From a virus (lineage: Duplodnaviria; Heunggongvirae; Uroviricota; Caudoviricetes), in the IMG/VR virus record IMGVR_UViG_2695420478_000010: 20,577 bases of DNA. One strand, 5' to 3'. Both the position numbers and the translations under genes were made by a program. The notes below the pieces were generated by a model, which was not told where the DNA came from, searched no databases, and saw only the letters and a list, made by a program, of their open reading frames with translations. Below are positions 7,779 to 15,680 of the stretch, piece by piece (the stretch's first letter is position 1; each line of letters begins with the position of its first letter).

Positions 7779-7966
7779 TATCAGATCCTCTTTTCAGTCC
7801 TCCAGCCCCAAAAAACTGACCACACAACTGACCACACATTTCGTTGAAGCTCTACGAACAACGACGAACAATAACAAACAAGAAAACGCAACATTCCATT
7901 TAATATCAAATATATATCCAAACAACTACGAACAACCCCGAACCACAAAAAACACTAAATGAGAAA
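7779..7966. repeat. Element end region with direct repeats, candidate integrase arm-type sites (attR side)
   Basis: Perfect tandem AACTGACCACAC x2 (7814-7837); CTACGAACAAC at 7852-7862 and 7926-7936; extra ACGAACA at 7864-7870. Confidence 0.45.
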
Positions 7967-8018
7967 ATACGGGTATTTCTCAGCCTTCACGCAGAAGGGC
8001 ACCCCGAGTCGTTTGGTT
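7967..8018 (-). ncRNA. Truncated thiM TPP riboswitch aptamer (promoter-proximal arm only), interrupted by the element
   Basis: Minus strand reads AACCAAACGACTCGGGGTGCCCTTCTGCGTGAAGGCTGAGAAATACCCGTAT, matching the E. coli thiM aptamer as I recall it; the expected continuation CACCTGATCTGGATAATGCCAGCG is replaced by element sequence. Confidence 0.8.
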
Positions 8019-8041
8019 GCGATGATAAATCGCAGAGGAGG

Positions 8042-8070
8042 ATGGTAATGTCCAGCGCACCCGTTGTAAA
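8042..8070 (-). promoter_or_regulatory. Candidate thiM promoter (-35 TTTACA, 17-bp spacer, -10 TACCAT)
   Basis: Hexamers read on the minus strand just upstream of the riboswitch fragment; assigned by eye only. Confidence 0.3.
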
Positions 8071-8107
8071 CGAGGAAAAACGGCAGTTTTACAATCGCGT
8101 TAATAAA

Positions 8108-8380
8108 TTATTTGATATATGAATCCAGCACCTTCAGAACGACATCCAGATCTTCTTCACGTTTTAGCTCATCCCCCTGGTGAACGATGTGTTCCGTCAG
8201 ATGACCTTTAATCACTTCCCGCATCAGACCGTTTACCGCGCCACGGATAGCAGCAATCTGTTGTAAAACTGCAGCGCATTCGTGCGGCTCGTCGAGCATT
8301 TTCTTGAGCGCCACGACCTGGCCCTGAATCTTACTGGCACGCGCTTTCAGTTTCTGTTTATCACGGATTGTATGAGACAT
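8108..8380 (-). CDS. rcnR: RcnR, Ni/Co-responsive transcriptional repressor (CsoR/RcnR family)
   Basis: 90-aa ORF whose sequence I recognise as E. coli RcnR; divergent from rcnA. Confidence 0.92.
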
Positions 8381-8428
8381 GGCAACACCTGGTTAACAAG
8401 AATATGAAAAATCATAGCACTATTAATC

Positions 8429-8463
8429 TACTGGGGGGTAGTATCAGGTACTGGGGGGGAGTA
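8429..8463. promoter_or_regulatory. RcnR operator: two TACT-G(6-7)-AGTA sites in the rcnR-rcnA intergenic region
   Basis: TACTGGGGGGTAGTA (8429-8443) and TACTGGGGGGGAGTA (8449-8463), matching the published RcnR recognition pattern. Confidence 0.8.
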
Positions 8464-8500
8464 GAATCAGATTGCCGAATTAATACTAAGAATTATTATC

Positions 8501-9346
8501 ATGACCGAATTTACAACTCTTCTTCAGCAAGGAAACGCCTGGTTCTTCATCCCCAGCGCCATCTTACTTGGTGCGCTTCATGGCCTGGAACCAGGGCACT
8601 CAAAAACGATGATGGCGGCGTTTATCATCGCCATCAAAGGCACCATTAAACAAGCGGTGATGCTCGGACTGGCAGCAACTATTTCGCATACCGCAGTGGT
8701 CTGGTTAATTGCCTTTGGCGGGATGGTGATCAGCAAGCGCTTTACTGCTCAATCAGCAGAACCGTGGCTCCAGCTGATTTCCGCAGTGATCATTATTGGC
8801 ACCGCGTTCTGGATGTTCTGGCGTACCTGGCGCGGCGAACGCAACTGGCTGGAGAATATGCACGAGTATGATTATGAGCATCATCACCATCATCACGATC
8901 ACGAACATCATCAAGACCACGAACATCACCACGACCATGGACATCATCACCATCACGAACATGGCGAGTATCAGGATGCCCATGCACGAGCCCATGCCAA
9001 TGACATTAAACGACGCTTTGATGGTAGAGAGGTCACCAACTGGCAAATTTTGTTATTTGGCTTAACCGGTGGCCTTATCCCCTGCCTGGCAGCAATTACC
9101 GTGCTATTGATATGCATTCAGTTGAAAGCCCTGACACTGGGCGCAACACTGGTCGTCAGTTTCAGCATTGGCCTGGCGTTTACGCTTGTCACCGTAGGCG
9201 TTGGCGCAGCAATCAGCGTTCAGCAGGTCGCAAAACGCTGGAGCGGATTTAACACTCTCGCTAAACGCGCCCCCTATTTTTCCAGTCTGTTGATTGGCTT
9301 AGTCGGTGTGTATATGGGCGTACATGGCTTCATGGGCATAATGTGA
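8501..9346 (+). CDS. rcnA: RcnA nickel/cobalt efflux protein with histidine-rich loop
   Basis: 281-aa membrane protein; loop HEYDYEHHHHHHDHEHHQDHEHHHDHGHHHHHEH encoded at about 8870-8965. Confidence 0.93.
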   Translation: MTEFTTLLQQGNAWFFIPSAILLGALHGLEPGHSKTMMAAFIIAIKGTIKQAVMLGLAATISHTAVVWLIAFGGMVISKRFTAQSAEPWLQLISAVIIIGTAFWMFWRTWRGERNWLENMHEYDYEHHHHHHDHEHHQDHEHHHDHGHHHHHEHGEYQDAHARAHANDIKRRFDGREVTNWQILLFGLTGGLIPCLAAITVLLICIQLKALTLGATLVVSFSIGLAFTLVTVGVGAAISVQQVAKRWSGFNTLAKRAPYFSSLLIGLVGVYMGVHGFMGIM

Positions 9347-9567
9347 TAACTCAATCCTTTAGGCTTGCATGTTATCTTCAGCCCAGGATGATTCTTAAAT
9401 CAGCTATTTCCGCTGACTCTCTGCTCGCTAAGGATGCTTTTAGGGCATCCTTTCATTTACACTTTTTACGAAATCATGGGATCACTAACAAAATATCGCT
9501 TGTCAGTTATATTGTATGGCAGGAAAGATATGCGACTGATATTACAGATCCCCAAAGTGGAGAGTTT

Positions 9568-9906
9568 ATGACCATTAAAAATAAGATGTTACTGGGTGCG
9601 CTTTTGCTGGTTACCAGTGCCGCCTGGGCCGCACCAGCCACCGCGGGTTCGACCAATACCTCGGGAATTTCTAAGTATGAGTTAAGTAGTTTCATTGCTG
9701 ACTTTAAGCATTTCAAACCAGGGGACACCGTACCAGAAATGTACCGTACCGATGAGTACAACATTAAGCAGTGGCAGTTGCGTAACCTGCCCGCGCCTGA
9801 TGCCGGGACGCACTGGACCTATATGGGTGGCGCGTACGTGTTGATCAGCGACACCGACGGTAAAATCATTAAAGCCTACGACGGTGAGATTTTTTATCAT
9901 CGCTAA
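9568..9906 (+). CDS. rcnB: RcnB (YohN) periplasmic protein
   Basis: ATG at 9568 preceded by GGAGAG; signal-peptide-like N-terminus MTIKNKMLLGALLLVTSAAWA; the track ORF from 9343 is an upstream extension without RBS. Confidence 0.85.
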   Translation: MTIKNKMLLGALLLVTSAAWAAPATAGSTNTSGISKYELSSFIADFKHFKPGDTVPEMYRTDEYNIKQWQLRNLPAPDAGTHWTYMGGAYVLISDTDGKIIKAYDGEIFYHR

Positions 9907-9931
9907 AAAAAGCCCCCTCATCATGAGGGGG
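9904..9931 (-). terminator. Terminator hairpin between convergent rcnB and yehA; T-run is on the minus strand
   Basis: CCCCCTCA / TGAGGGGG stem (9913-9931) with 3-nt loop; minus strand continues CTTTTTTT, overlapping the rcnB stop codon. Confidence 0.6.
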
Positions 9932-9987
9932 AAATGCAGACACCTTGTTATTTTTTATTATTAGCCACTTGCTCGTCTTGCTTGTTA

Positions 9988-11022
9988 TTAGTCGTATTTC
10001 ACGTTGATTAATGCGGTTGCCTCCAGTGCGCCAGATTTAACTTTGTTTGTATCGTAGACGTAGTAACTGGCTGTTATCGGAATTGAAACCGTTGTATCTG
10101 TAAGTTTTGACTTTGCCGCAATTTCTTTTAAATTTGTGTATCCTTTACTGCTGTTAGTGATATTTAAAAGTGTGACTGGCGAACCATTACTTTCAAGAAT
10201 AAATCCTACGCCATTATCTTCCGCACCTTTCAGTATTGTGTTGCTGTTGGTTAACAAGTCAGAACTTGATAAATACACCTGCATTTTCCGTGATGTTTGA
10301 TTTTGTTGACCTAATAAACTTTTACAACGCAGAATAATATCCCCTTGTTTACTATTTATTGTTGCTTTGTTACCTGTGGCTGGTAATTGTGAAACGGGAA
10401 TGCTGTCTAAAGTAATTAATAAATCGTCCGGTTTGCAGGTTGTGGTTATCGGGTTGTATGACAATGTCAGATTAAAGGAATAGACACCTGCATTTTGTGC
10501 CAATGCATTTCTGTAGTTATTTACACATGCATCCCATGACTTGCCACCTAATAAACACAGTAGAAATTGTACTGCGGCACTCCCGCGTGTCGATGATGAA
10601 GCACTGGATAATGTCGCAACACCATTAATCATCACTGAACCGCCGCCCCCCGCAGAAACATTCACTTTTGCATTACTGGCCGCAGGTGTCACCGTAACTG
10701 AATAACCACTGGTGAAACTGGTCTGATTATTTGACAACGTGATGTTGTTTTTATTGGTCCATTCAAAATGTAAATTTAATTTTATGGTATCGTTATAAAG
10801 TCCAACAATAATATCCGACGGGCTCATAGGGGTGATAGTATTTGTACTCACGCATGACGAATCATTAAAAGTATGCTCATATGTCGCCATTTGTGTTTGA
10901 GTAAGTGCAAAATCCCCCTGAACAACCAAGTTGTGCTGAACAGATAACTCACTATAACATGCCGCATAGCTCACAGGCATAACCATCATCATTAATATAA
11001 ATTGCATTATGCGAATTTCCAT
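9988..11022 (-). CDS. yehA: YehA, putative fimbrial adhesin/minor subunit
   Basis: 344-aa secreted protein with signal peptide; last gene of the yehDCBA cluster. Confidence 0.85.
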   Translation of the reverse strand: MEIRIMQFILMMMVMPVSYAACYSELSVQHNLVVQGDFALTQTQMATYEHTFNDSSCVSTNTITPMSPSDIIVGLYNDTIKLNLHFEWTNKNNITLSNNQTSFTSGYSVTVTPAASNAKVNVSAGGGGSVMINGVATLSSASSSTRGSAAVQFLLCLLGGKSWDACVNNYRNALAQNAGVYSFNLTLSYNPITTTCKPDDLLITLDSIPVSQLPATGNKATINSKQGDIILRCKSLLGQQNQTSRKMQVYLSSSDLLTNSNTILKGAEDNGVGFILESNGSPVTLLNITNSSKGYTNLKEIAAKSKLTDTTVSIPITASYYVYDTNKVKSGALEATALINVKYD

Positions 11023-11037
11023 AGAACCACCTGACTA

Positions 11038-13518
11038 TTACTGGCAAATATAATTTCTACTTTCATCAATCTCTTTACCGAAGGTGATTGTGCATGAAAG
11101 TCCTTGTTGCTTATCAATTGCCACATTAACCGATGGCGGTACTTCATTGGTGCGAATAAATAACTGGCTTCCCTGGCCGACAACGCCAATATTATGACCA
11201 TGGATATCATTGACTTCATAACCAAACATTAATGGTTGACCATCCGCTCTTAACGCTTTTATAAACCAGGGCTTGCGCTGATCGGTATCAAAATTAACCA
11301 GTACAACCGCGCCGCGATAAGGTGCGGCAATTTTCCGGTTGCCACGTAATTCTGCTTCGCTATCGCTTTGCGACACATCCAGCATCAGGTGATTTTCCCG
11401 ATAAGGTGTCATTCCGTCGTATATCACCACTCCATTACGGTTTGTTGTGCGATATTTTTGCCCATTGACATAAGCATCTTTAATTCCTGGCGCATTCATC
11501 ACAGCAAACGTTTCGGAAAGACGGTTCGCCAGATTAACGCCACCCGACCAGGCGACAATGCCCCCTGAAACACTGGCTCCAGCCTGTCGATAAGTACTCG
11601 ACTGACTATAACTGCCATTCACTGTCGCAACCGGCGCGTTCCAGGTCAAATTCGCCCCAGCTGTCGTTTCATTTTCCTGATGCTGATAACTCAGGTTGAC
11701 CCCATAGTTAAACTGATCCCGGCTTCCAACGGTTCCTGATAATCCCGTATTATTTGAGGCAACCCCCTGATCATCAAACGTCGTTGAGTTAGACATATAT
11801 ATTTGCCGACGAAGCGTCGTAACGTCATCACCCCAATCAAAGGGAATCGATATAAAAATATTAAAACGTTTCTCTTCATGATGATTCTCGTCATACGCCT
11901 GGCTTGCCGCGAGGGTATAGCTTATCCGCCGCCAGTTATTGGAATAACTCAACTGATAATCCTTACTGCTGCCGCTACGCCCCCAGTAATCTCGCCATAA
12001 CGTACTTAAGGACACAGACCCCCAGCCTTCTGGCAATGACTGGCTCATATTGGCAGAAAAGCTATTTTTACGGCCAAAATCGTTCTGGTAATAATCGGCA
12101 ATGTCATAGATATCGTTTTTATCACGGCGATAATTATCTTTATTGTTTGCCCAAACGTGATCGTTAAATGTCCGGTAATCACGCGACAAATAACGCCAGG
12201 CCGCCAGACCAAAACGCGTCGACGTTTGGCTCACAAATTTGTTGTAGGCAATTTGATAACTTTGCCCGTCAAACACATCGCCGTTGTCTTGTTTACTATG
12301 CGACTTCGTGGCATCGACGGAAATGGCACCAATGCGGGTATTCCAGCCAGTCCCCAAAGTGAACGCGTAATAATTATTCGCGACCATCGAGCCACCATAC
12401 AGCGTCAATAAATTATTAAAACCATACTGATAACCCGCCTGGACAAAATCACTTTGTTTGCTCGCCCCTTCAATATGGCTACGACCCGCCGCAAAATCAT
12501 ATTTCGATACGCCGGGTTGCAGCATATTTGGCACCGCTGCATAAGGTACCAGATAGGTGGTAACCGAGCCGTCCGCCTCTTTCACGCTGACATCAAGATC
12601 TGCTCCACCACCGGCCAACTGCAAATCTGTAATCGCAAACGGGCCAGGAGGAACCTCTTTCTGATAAACGACAAAACCATTCTGTTCAATAGTTACCAGC
12701 GCGTTACTCTGAGCAATCCCCTGCACCCGTGGCGTAAAATTTTGTTTCGAGTTAGGCAACATCTGCATATCACGAAACAACCGCACACCGCTGAAGCGAA
12801 CAGAATCAAAAATATCGCTTGATGTATACATATCACCCACGCGAAGCGTGCCGAGAAGTTGGGCAAATCCACGTTCCAGATACAGGGTATTGCTTTTCCA
12901 CACCCCTGGATTGTTATTTGTTTTACTGAAACTGGCATCAGAATGCAGTTGCCACCCCAGTAAATTTAACCCGCTGTTAAAACGTACATATGTACTCTTG
13001 TTATTACCCGACGCTTTATAGTCGCTGTAATACTGACTCACATAATAAGAGGTATAAAACGCATTAATACCCCGCTCCCAGTTTTCCGGTGGAACATAGC
13101 CACTTTCCAGTTCTTCCACCCAAGCCTGCGGGACACTGAAATCGAGACGAAAAACCCCGATATCCCAGCTATAGCTCCCACCCTGAACAAGTTGCTCAAA
13201 TGTTAAACATTGCTTACCACTGGCGAAGTTATCGCTATTAATGCCTAACCGCTTGATAACTTCTCTTGATAAACATGTTTCTTGCGGGTTGTCTTTAACA
13301 ATGATCTCATATTTCCCGCGCCATTGCTTATTGACATAAATATCGATGTCATACTGCCCCGGCAAGGGTTGATTATCATCAAGACGAATATTTGCAACCT
13401 GCTGGTCTTTCATTCCACCTATCATAAAATGGGTATCAAAGGTTTCTTCAGCTGCATAAGCTTCAATGCCGAGCAATAACGCTACGATTGCTGATGCAAG
13501 TGGGGTCATTCTCAACAT
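11038..13518 (-). CDS. yehB: YehB, fimbrial outer-membrane usher
   Basis: About 826 aa with usher-like features and signal peptide MLRMTPLASAIVALLLGIEAYA; the ORF track adds 5 N-terminal residues. Confidence 0.9.
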   Translation of the reverse strand: MLRMTPLASAIVALLLGIEAYAAEETFDTHFMIGGMKDQQVANIRLDDNQPLPGQYDIDIYVNKQWRGKYEIIVKDNPQETCLSREVIKRLGINSDNFASGKQCLTFEQLVQGGSYSWDIGVFRLDFSVPQAWVEELESGYVPPENWERGINAFYTSYYVSQYYSDYKASGNNKSTYVRFNSGLNLLGWQLHSDASFSKTNNNPGVWKSNTLYLERGFAQLLGTLRVGDMYTSSDIFDSVRFSGVRLFRDMQMLPNSKQNFTPRVQGIAQSNALVTIEQNGFVVYQKEVPPGPFAITDLQLAGGGADLDVSVKEADGSVTTYLVPYAAVPNMLQPGVSKYDFAAGRSHIEGASKQSDFVQAGYQYGFNNLLTLYGGSMVANNYYAFTLGTGWNTRIGAISVDATKSHSKQDNGDVFDGQSYQIAYNKFVSQTSTRFGLAAWRYLSRDYRTFNDHVWANNKDNYRRDKNDIYDIADYYQNDFGRKNSFSANMSQSLPEGWGSVSLSTLWRDYWGRSGSSKDYQLSYSNNWRRISYTLAASQAYDENHHEEKRFNIFISIPFDWGDDVTTLRRQIYMSNSTTFDDQGVASNNTGLSGTVGSRDQFNYGVNLSYQHQENETTAGANLTWNAPVATVNGSYSQSSTYRQAGASVSGGIVAWSGGVNLANRLSETFAVMNAPGIKDAYVNGQKYRTTNRNGVVIYDGMTPYRENHLMLDVSQSDSEAELRGNRKIAAPYRGAVVLVNFDTDQRKPWFIKALRADGQPLMFGYEVNDIHGHNIGVVGQGSQLFIRTNEVPPSVNVAIDKQQGLSCTITFGKEIDESRNYICQ

Positions 13519-13533
13519 AGACAGCTCCTGCAA

Positions 13534-14208
13534 TTAAATTTTGTCACTAATATAGTTGCCGTGGTCATCGATAATGGTCAGATACCAGTTGTTTGCATTA
13601 TTACTTTTGACATTAACACTCTGACTTTCTAAGGGGGCAATCATAATAGTTTCATAATTGACTTTGACATTATTAGCTTTGACATCCGAAATCGTCACCC
13701 AATTAGCTGAGTCATTTTTTATCACCAATCCATTGCCACTGCGATTTATCAGTAACTTTTTAAAGGTCGCTTTATTCACCGGAGCAATACCCGCCGGCCG
13801 GTAAAACAATTTGATTCTGTTTTGCATCGCAAACTTCAGTGCATTCTTACCTTCTTGTTCTGGACTATTCGGTGGAATATCCAGAACATTAAGATAAAAA
13901 ATACTTTCCTTATTACTGGGTAATTTATTAGGCATGATTTTAATTTTTATTTGTTGCCCAGAATTGGCCGCTACTTTCACTACTGGTGGCGTTAACATGA
14001 AAGGAACCTGAATCTTTTCTGGCGGCAGAGACGTGTCGCCATCATCAATCCACGCCTGCATCAGCGAAGAGCGGTTTCCCTGATTCATCAGTTGTACCAT
14101 GACCTCTTTCTGCTCTGCCGGGTAAATGATACGGGTCCCGAAAATAACCATTCCGGCATGCACGGGGAATATCATAGAAGAGATGAGTAAAGATAATAAC
14201 CCTTTCAT
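13534..14208 (-). CDS. yehC: YehC, periplasmic fimbrial chaperone
   Basis: Start placed at the ATG at 14208 (AAGAGG RBS, signal peptide MKGLLSLLISSMIFPVHAG); the track's start at 14256 lies inside a palindrome and lacks an RBS. Confidence 0.85.
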   Translation of the reverse strand: MKGLLSLLISSMIFPVHAGMVIFGTRIIYPAEQKEVMVQLMNQGNRSSLMQAWIDDGDTSLPPEKIQVPFMLTPPVVKVAANSGQQIKIKIMPNKLPSNKESIFYLNVLDIPPNSPEQEGKNALKFAMQNRIKLFYRPAGIAPVNKATFKKLLINRSGNGLVIKNDSANWVTISDVKANNVKVNYETIMIAPLESQSVNVKSNNANNWYLTIIDDHGNYISDKI

Positions 14209-14232
14209 CTTAATGCCTCTTATATTTATGCT

Positions 14233-14256
14233 GGCCGCCATGAATATGGCGGCCAT
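14233..14256 (-). promoter_or_regulatory. Perfect 10-bp inverted repeat (TGGCCGCCAT gaat ATGGCGGCCA) between yehD and yehC
   Basis: Palindrome read directly; sits between the major-subunit gene and the chaperone gene, the position of mRNA-processing/attenuator hairpins in other chaperone-usher operons. Confidence 0.4.
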
Positions 14257-14295
14257 TTTAACTTACTGAAAAAACAAGATGATTATTTTAAATAT

Positions 14296-14838
14296 TTAAT
14301 CCTGGGCAACACGCATAACCAATGAAGAGTTAACAGTACCAGATGCAACACCACTGTCAGTCAACTTCAGATATTTTGCCTTAAACGGTATTGCATATTG
14401 TCCATCAGCAGTTTTATAACTTTCAATATTAAATGGTGCGGAAATATCCAGTACGTCACTGCTATCTCCCAAATAGAGATAGTATCCAACTGTGTCATTA
14501 CTACTGGATATTGCCTTATCATTACCAAGAATTTTCTCGTTGGTGATCAACGAAAGTTTTACGCCATCAATAGTCTTCGGACAAGTAATTTTCAGCATAC
14601 TGCTGGTTACACCAACCGCGCCATCATAAGTTGAATATTTCGCTTTACCATCAAATACAGTGGTGGGTACAGTCGGCATATTAATACTGACTGAATCACC
14701 GCCAGCGACAAATGTACATGGTGATTCAGCAATATTACCTTTAATGGTTAAAGTTCCGGTATCTACTTCAGCAGCGAAAATACCAGCACTCATAAATACA
14801 GAAGATAAGACAGCGACAGCAATAATTGAATGTTTCAT
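14296..14838 (-). CDS. yehD: YehD, major fimbrial subunit
   Basis: 180-aa ORF with AAGGAA RBS and signal peptide; first gene of the yehDCBA operon. Confidence 0.85.
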   Translation of the reverse strand: MKHSIIAVAVLSSVFMSAGIFAAEVDTGTLTIKGNIAESPCTFVAGGDSVSINMPTVPTTVFDGKAKYSTYDGAVGVTSSMLKITCPKTIDGVKLSLITNEKILGNDKAISSSNDTVGYYLYLGDSSDVLDISAPFNIESYKTADGQYAIPFKAKYLKLTDSGVASGTVNSSLVMRVAQD

Positions 14839-15065
14839 GATGCATTCCTTAATAAGTTTATTTTGTTTTGTTAAGAGTCTGTATCTCTTGGAAACAAATT
14901 TCTCACATCAAAAAAGTTGCCGCAATGTAAACATATTGTTTTGTTGATTTAAAACAAATTAACTAATGCGATATAAATACAACAAATAATTCGCTATAAC
15001 AAACATTTTTGAAACTGATTAATTACCGTAAATTACCGTAAATAACATTCATTAGGTGAATAAAA

Positions 15066-15099
15066 AAGCCAAAATCATTCATAGGAATGATTTTGGCTT
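15066..15099 (-). terminator. Bidirectional rho-independent terminator downstream of yehE
   Basis: Perfect 15-bp stem AAGCCAAAATCATTC / GAATGATTTTGGCTT with 4-nt loop, A-run on one side and T-run on the other. Confidence 0.6.
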
Positions 15100-15136
15100 T
15101 TTAAATATGCTTAATGCTTAAAACGGTGTTGGCAAA

Positions 15137-15418
15137 TTAATCGTAGCGATTTAACACGATTTTGCGTTTGTCGTTATTACCCACAGTTACCACTTCTGTC
15201 GTAACGCCTTTTGCAGTAGAAGAAGCACGATAGTTGGTTTCAACTCGTTGTAACAACTGCCCACAACGTTGCTGAAGATGATTATTAACAACATCCATAC
15301 TGCATGTAGGGGAACTAATTCTGCCATTGATGGTTAATGTTGCAGTCTCTGAAGAGAACGCGGGAGAAGCCAATCCATAGGCAAGAAAAATAATTCCTGA
15401 CAGCCAATACTTATTCAT
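15137..15418 (-). CDS. yehE: YehE, small secreted protein of unknown function
   Basis: 93-aa ORF with signal-peptide-like N-terminus MNKYWLSGIIFLAYGLASPAFS; position matches yehE of E. coli. Confidence 0.7.
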   Translation of the reverse strand: MNKYWLSGIIFLAYGLASPAFSSETATLTINGRISSPTCSMDVVNNHLQQRCGQLLQRVETNYRASSTAKGVTTEVVTVGNNDKRKIVLNRYD

Positions 15419-15680
15419 TGAACGTTATCCCTGTAGTAAAGGTTATGCCTGGATAGAATGAGTGCATAACAAACTATAGCTGTACATCCACTACACAGCC
15501 ACGAAGGATGATAATGAAGCATTGCCTGTACGATCAATCGACTTTGTAGAGTTTCGGACGAAGGTCCGCAGAATATTCGCAGTATTAAATAAGTGTTCAT
15601 TAATGCGGCAAAAACAAATACACCGCATCAATATAACATCTCTGCGGTGTATGAAGAATAACCAGAATGGTTAATAGGCG

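Larger units (their letters stand above)
1..7966. mobile_element. Integrative element (P4-like satellite or PICI-like island), right end at the thiM leader, left end beyond the window
   Basis: Contiguous block of integrase, AlpA-like regulator, P4-type primase, iteron array and SSB; abrupt loss of identity to the recalled thiM leader at about 7966/7967; no capsid or packaging genes visible, so the element class is unresolved. Confidence 0.75.

Noticed and set aside
8058-8121. Short plus-strand ORF (23 codons) with a GAGGAGGA RBS between the thiM leader and rcnR
   Set aside because: Lies in the thiM promoter region and overlaps the rcnR 3' end; the apparent RBS is the complement of the purine-poor leader; too short to support.
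8753-9065. Three overlapping ORFs on both strands across the rcnA His-rich region
   Set aside because: Artefacts of the CAT/CAC codon repeat; they overlap the well-supported rcnA frame.
9343-9567. Upstream extension of rcnB to 187 aa
   Set aside because: No RBS at 9343; the ATG at 9568 has a GGAGAG RBS and begins a typical signal peptide.
11368-13479. Several 64-122 aa ORFs on the plus strand inside yehB
   Set aside because: Antisense to a long, well-supported usher gene; no RBSs; typical shadow ORFs.
14209-14256. N-terminal extension of yehC (MAAIFMAASINIRGIK)
   Set aside because: The start lies inside the palindrome and has no RBS; the ATG at 14208 has an AAGAGG RBS and starts the signal peptide.
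15415-15680. 61-aa minus-strand ORF and weak hairpins in the mrp-yehE intergenic region
   Set aside because: No RBS and no recognisable features; hairpins have long loops and no adjacent T-run.
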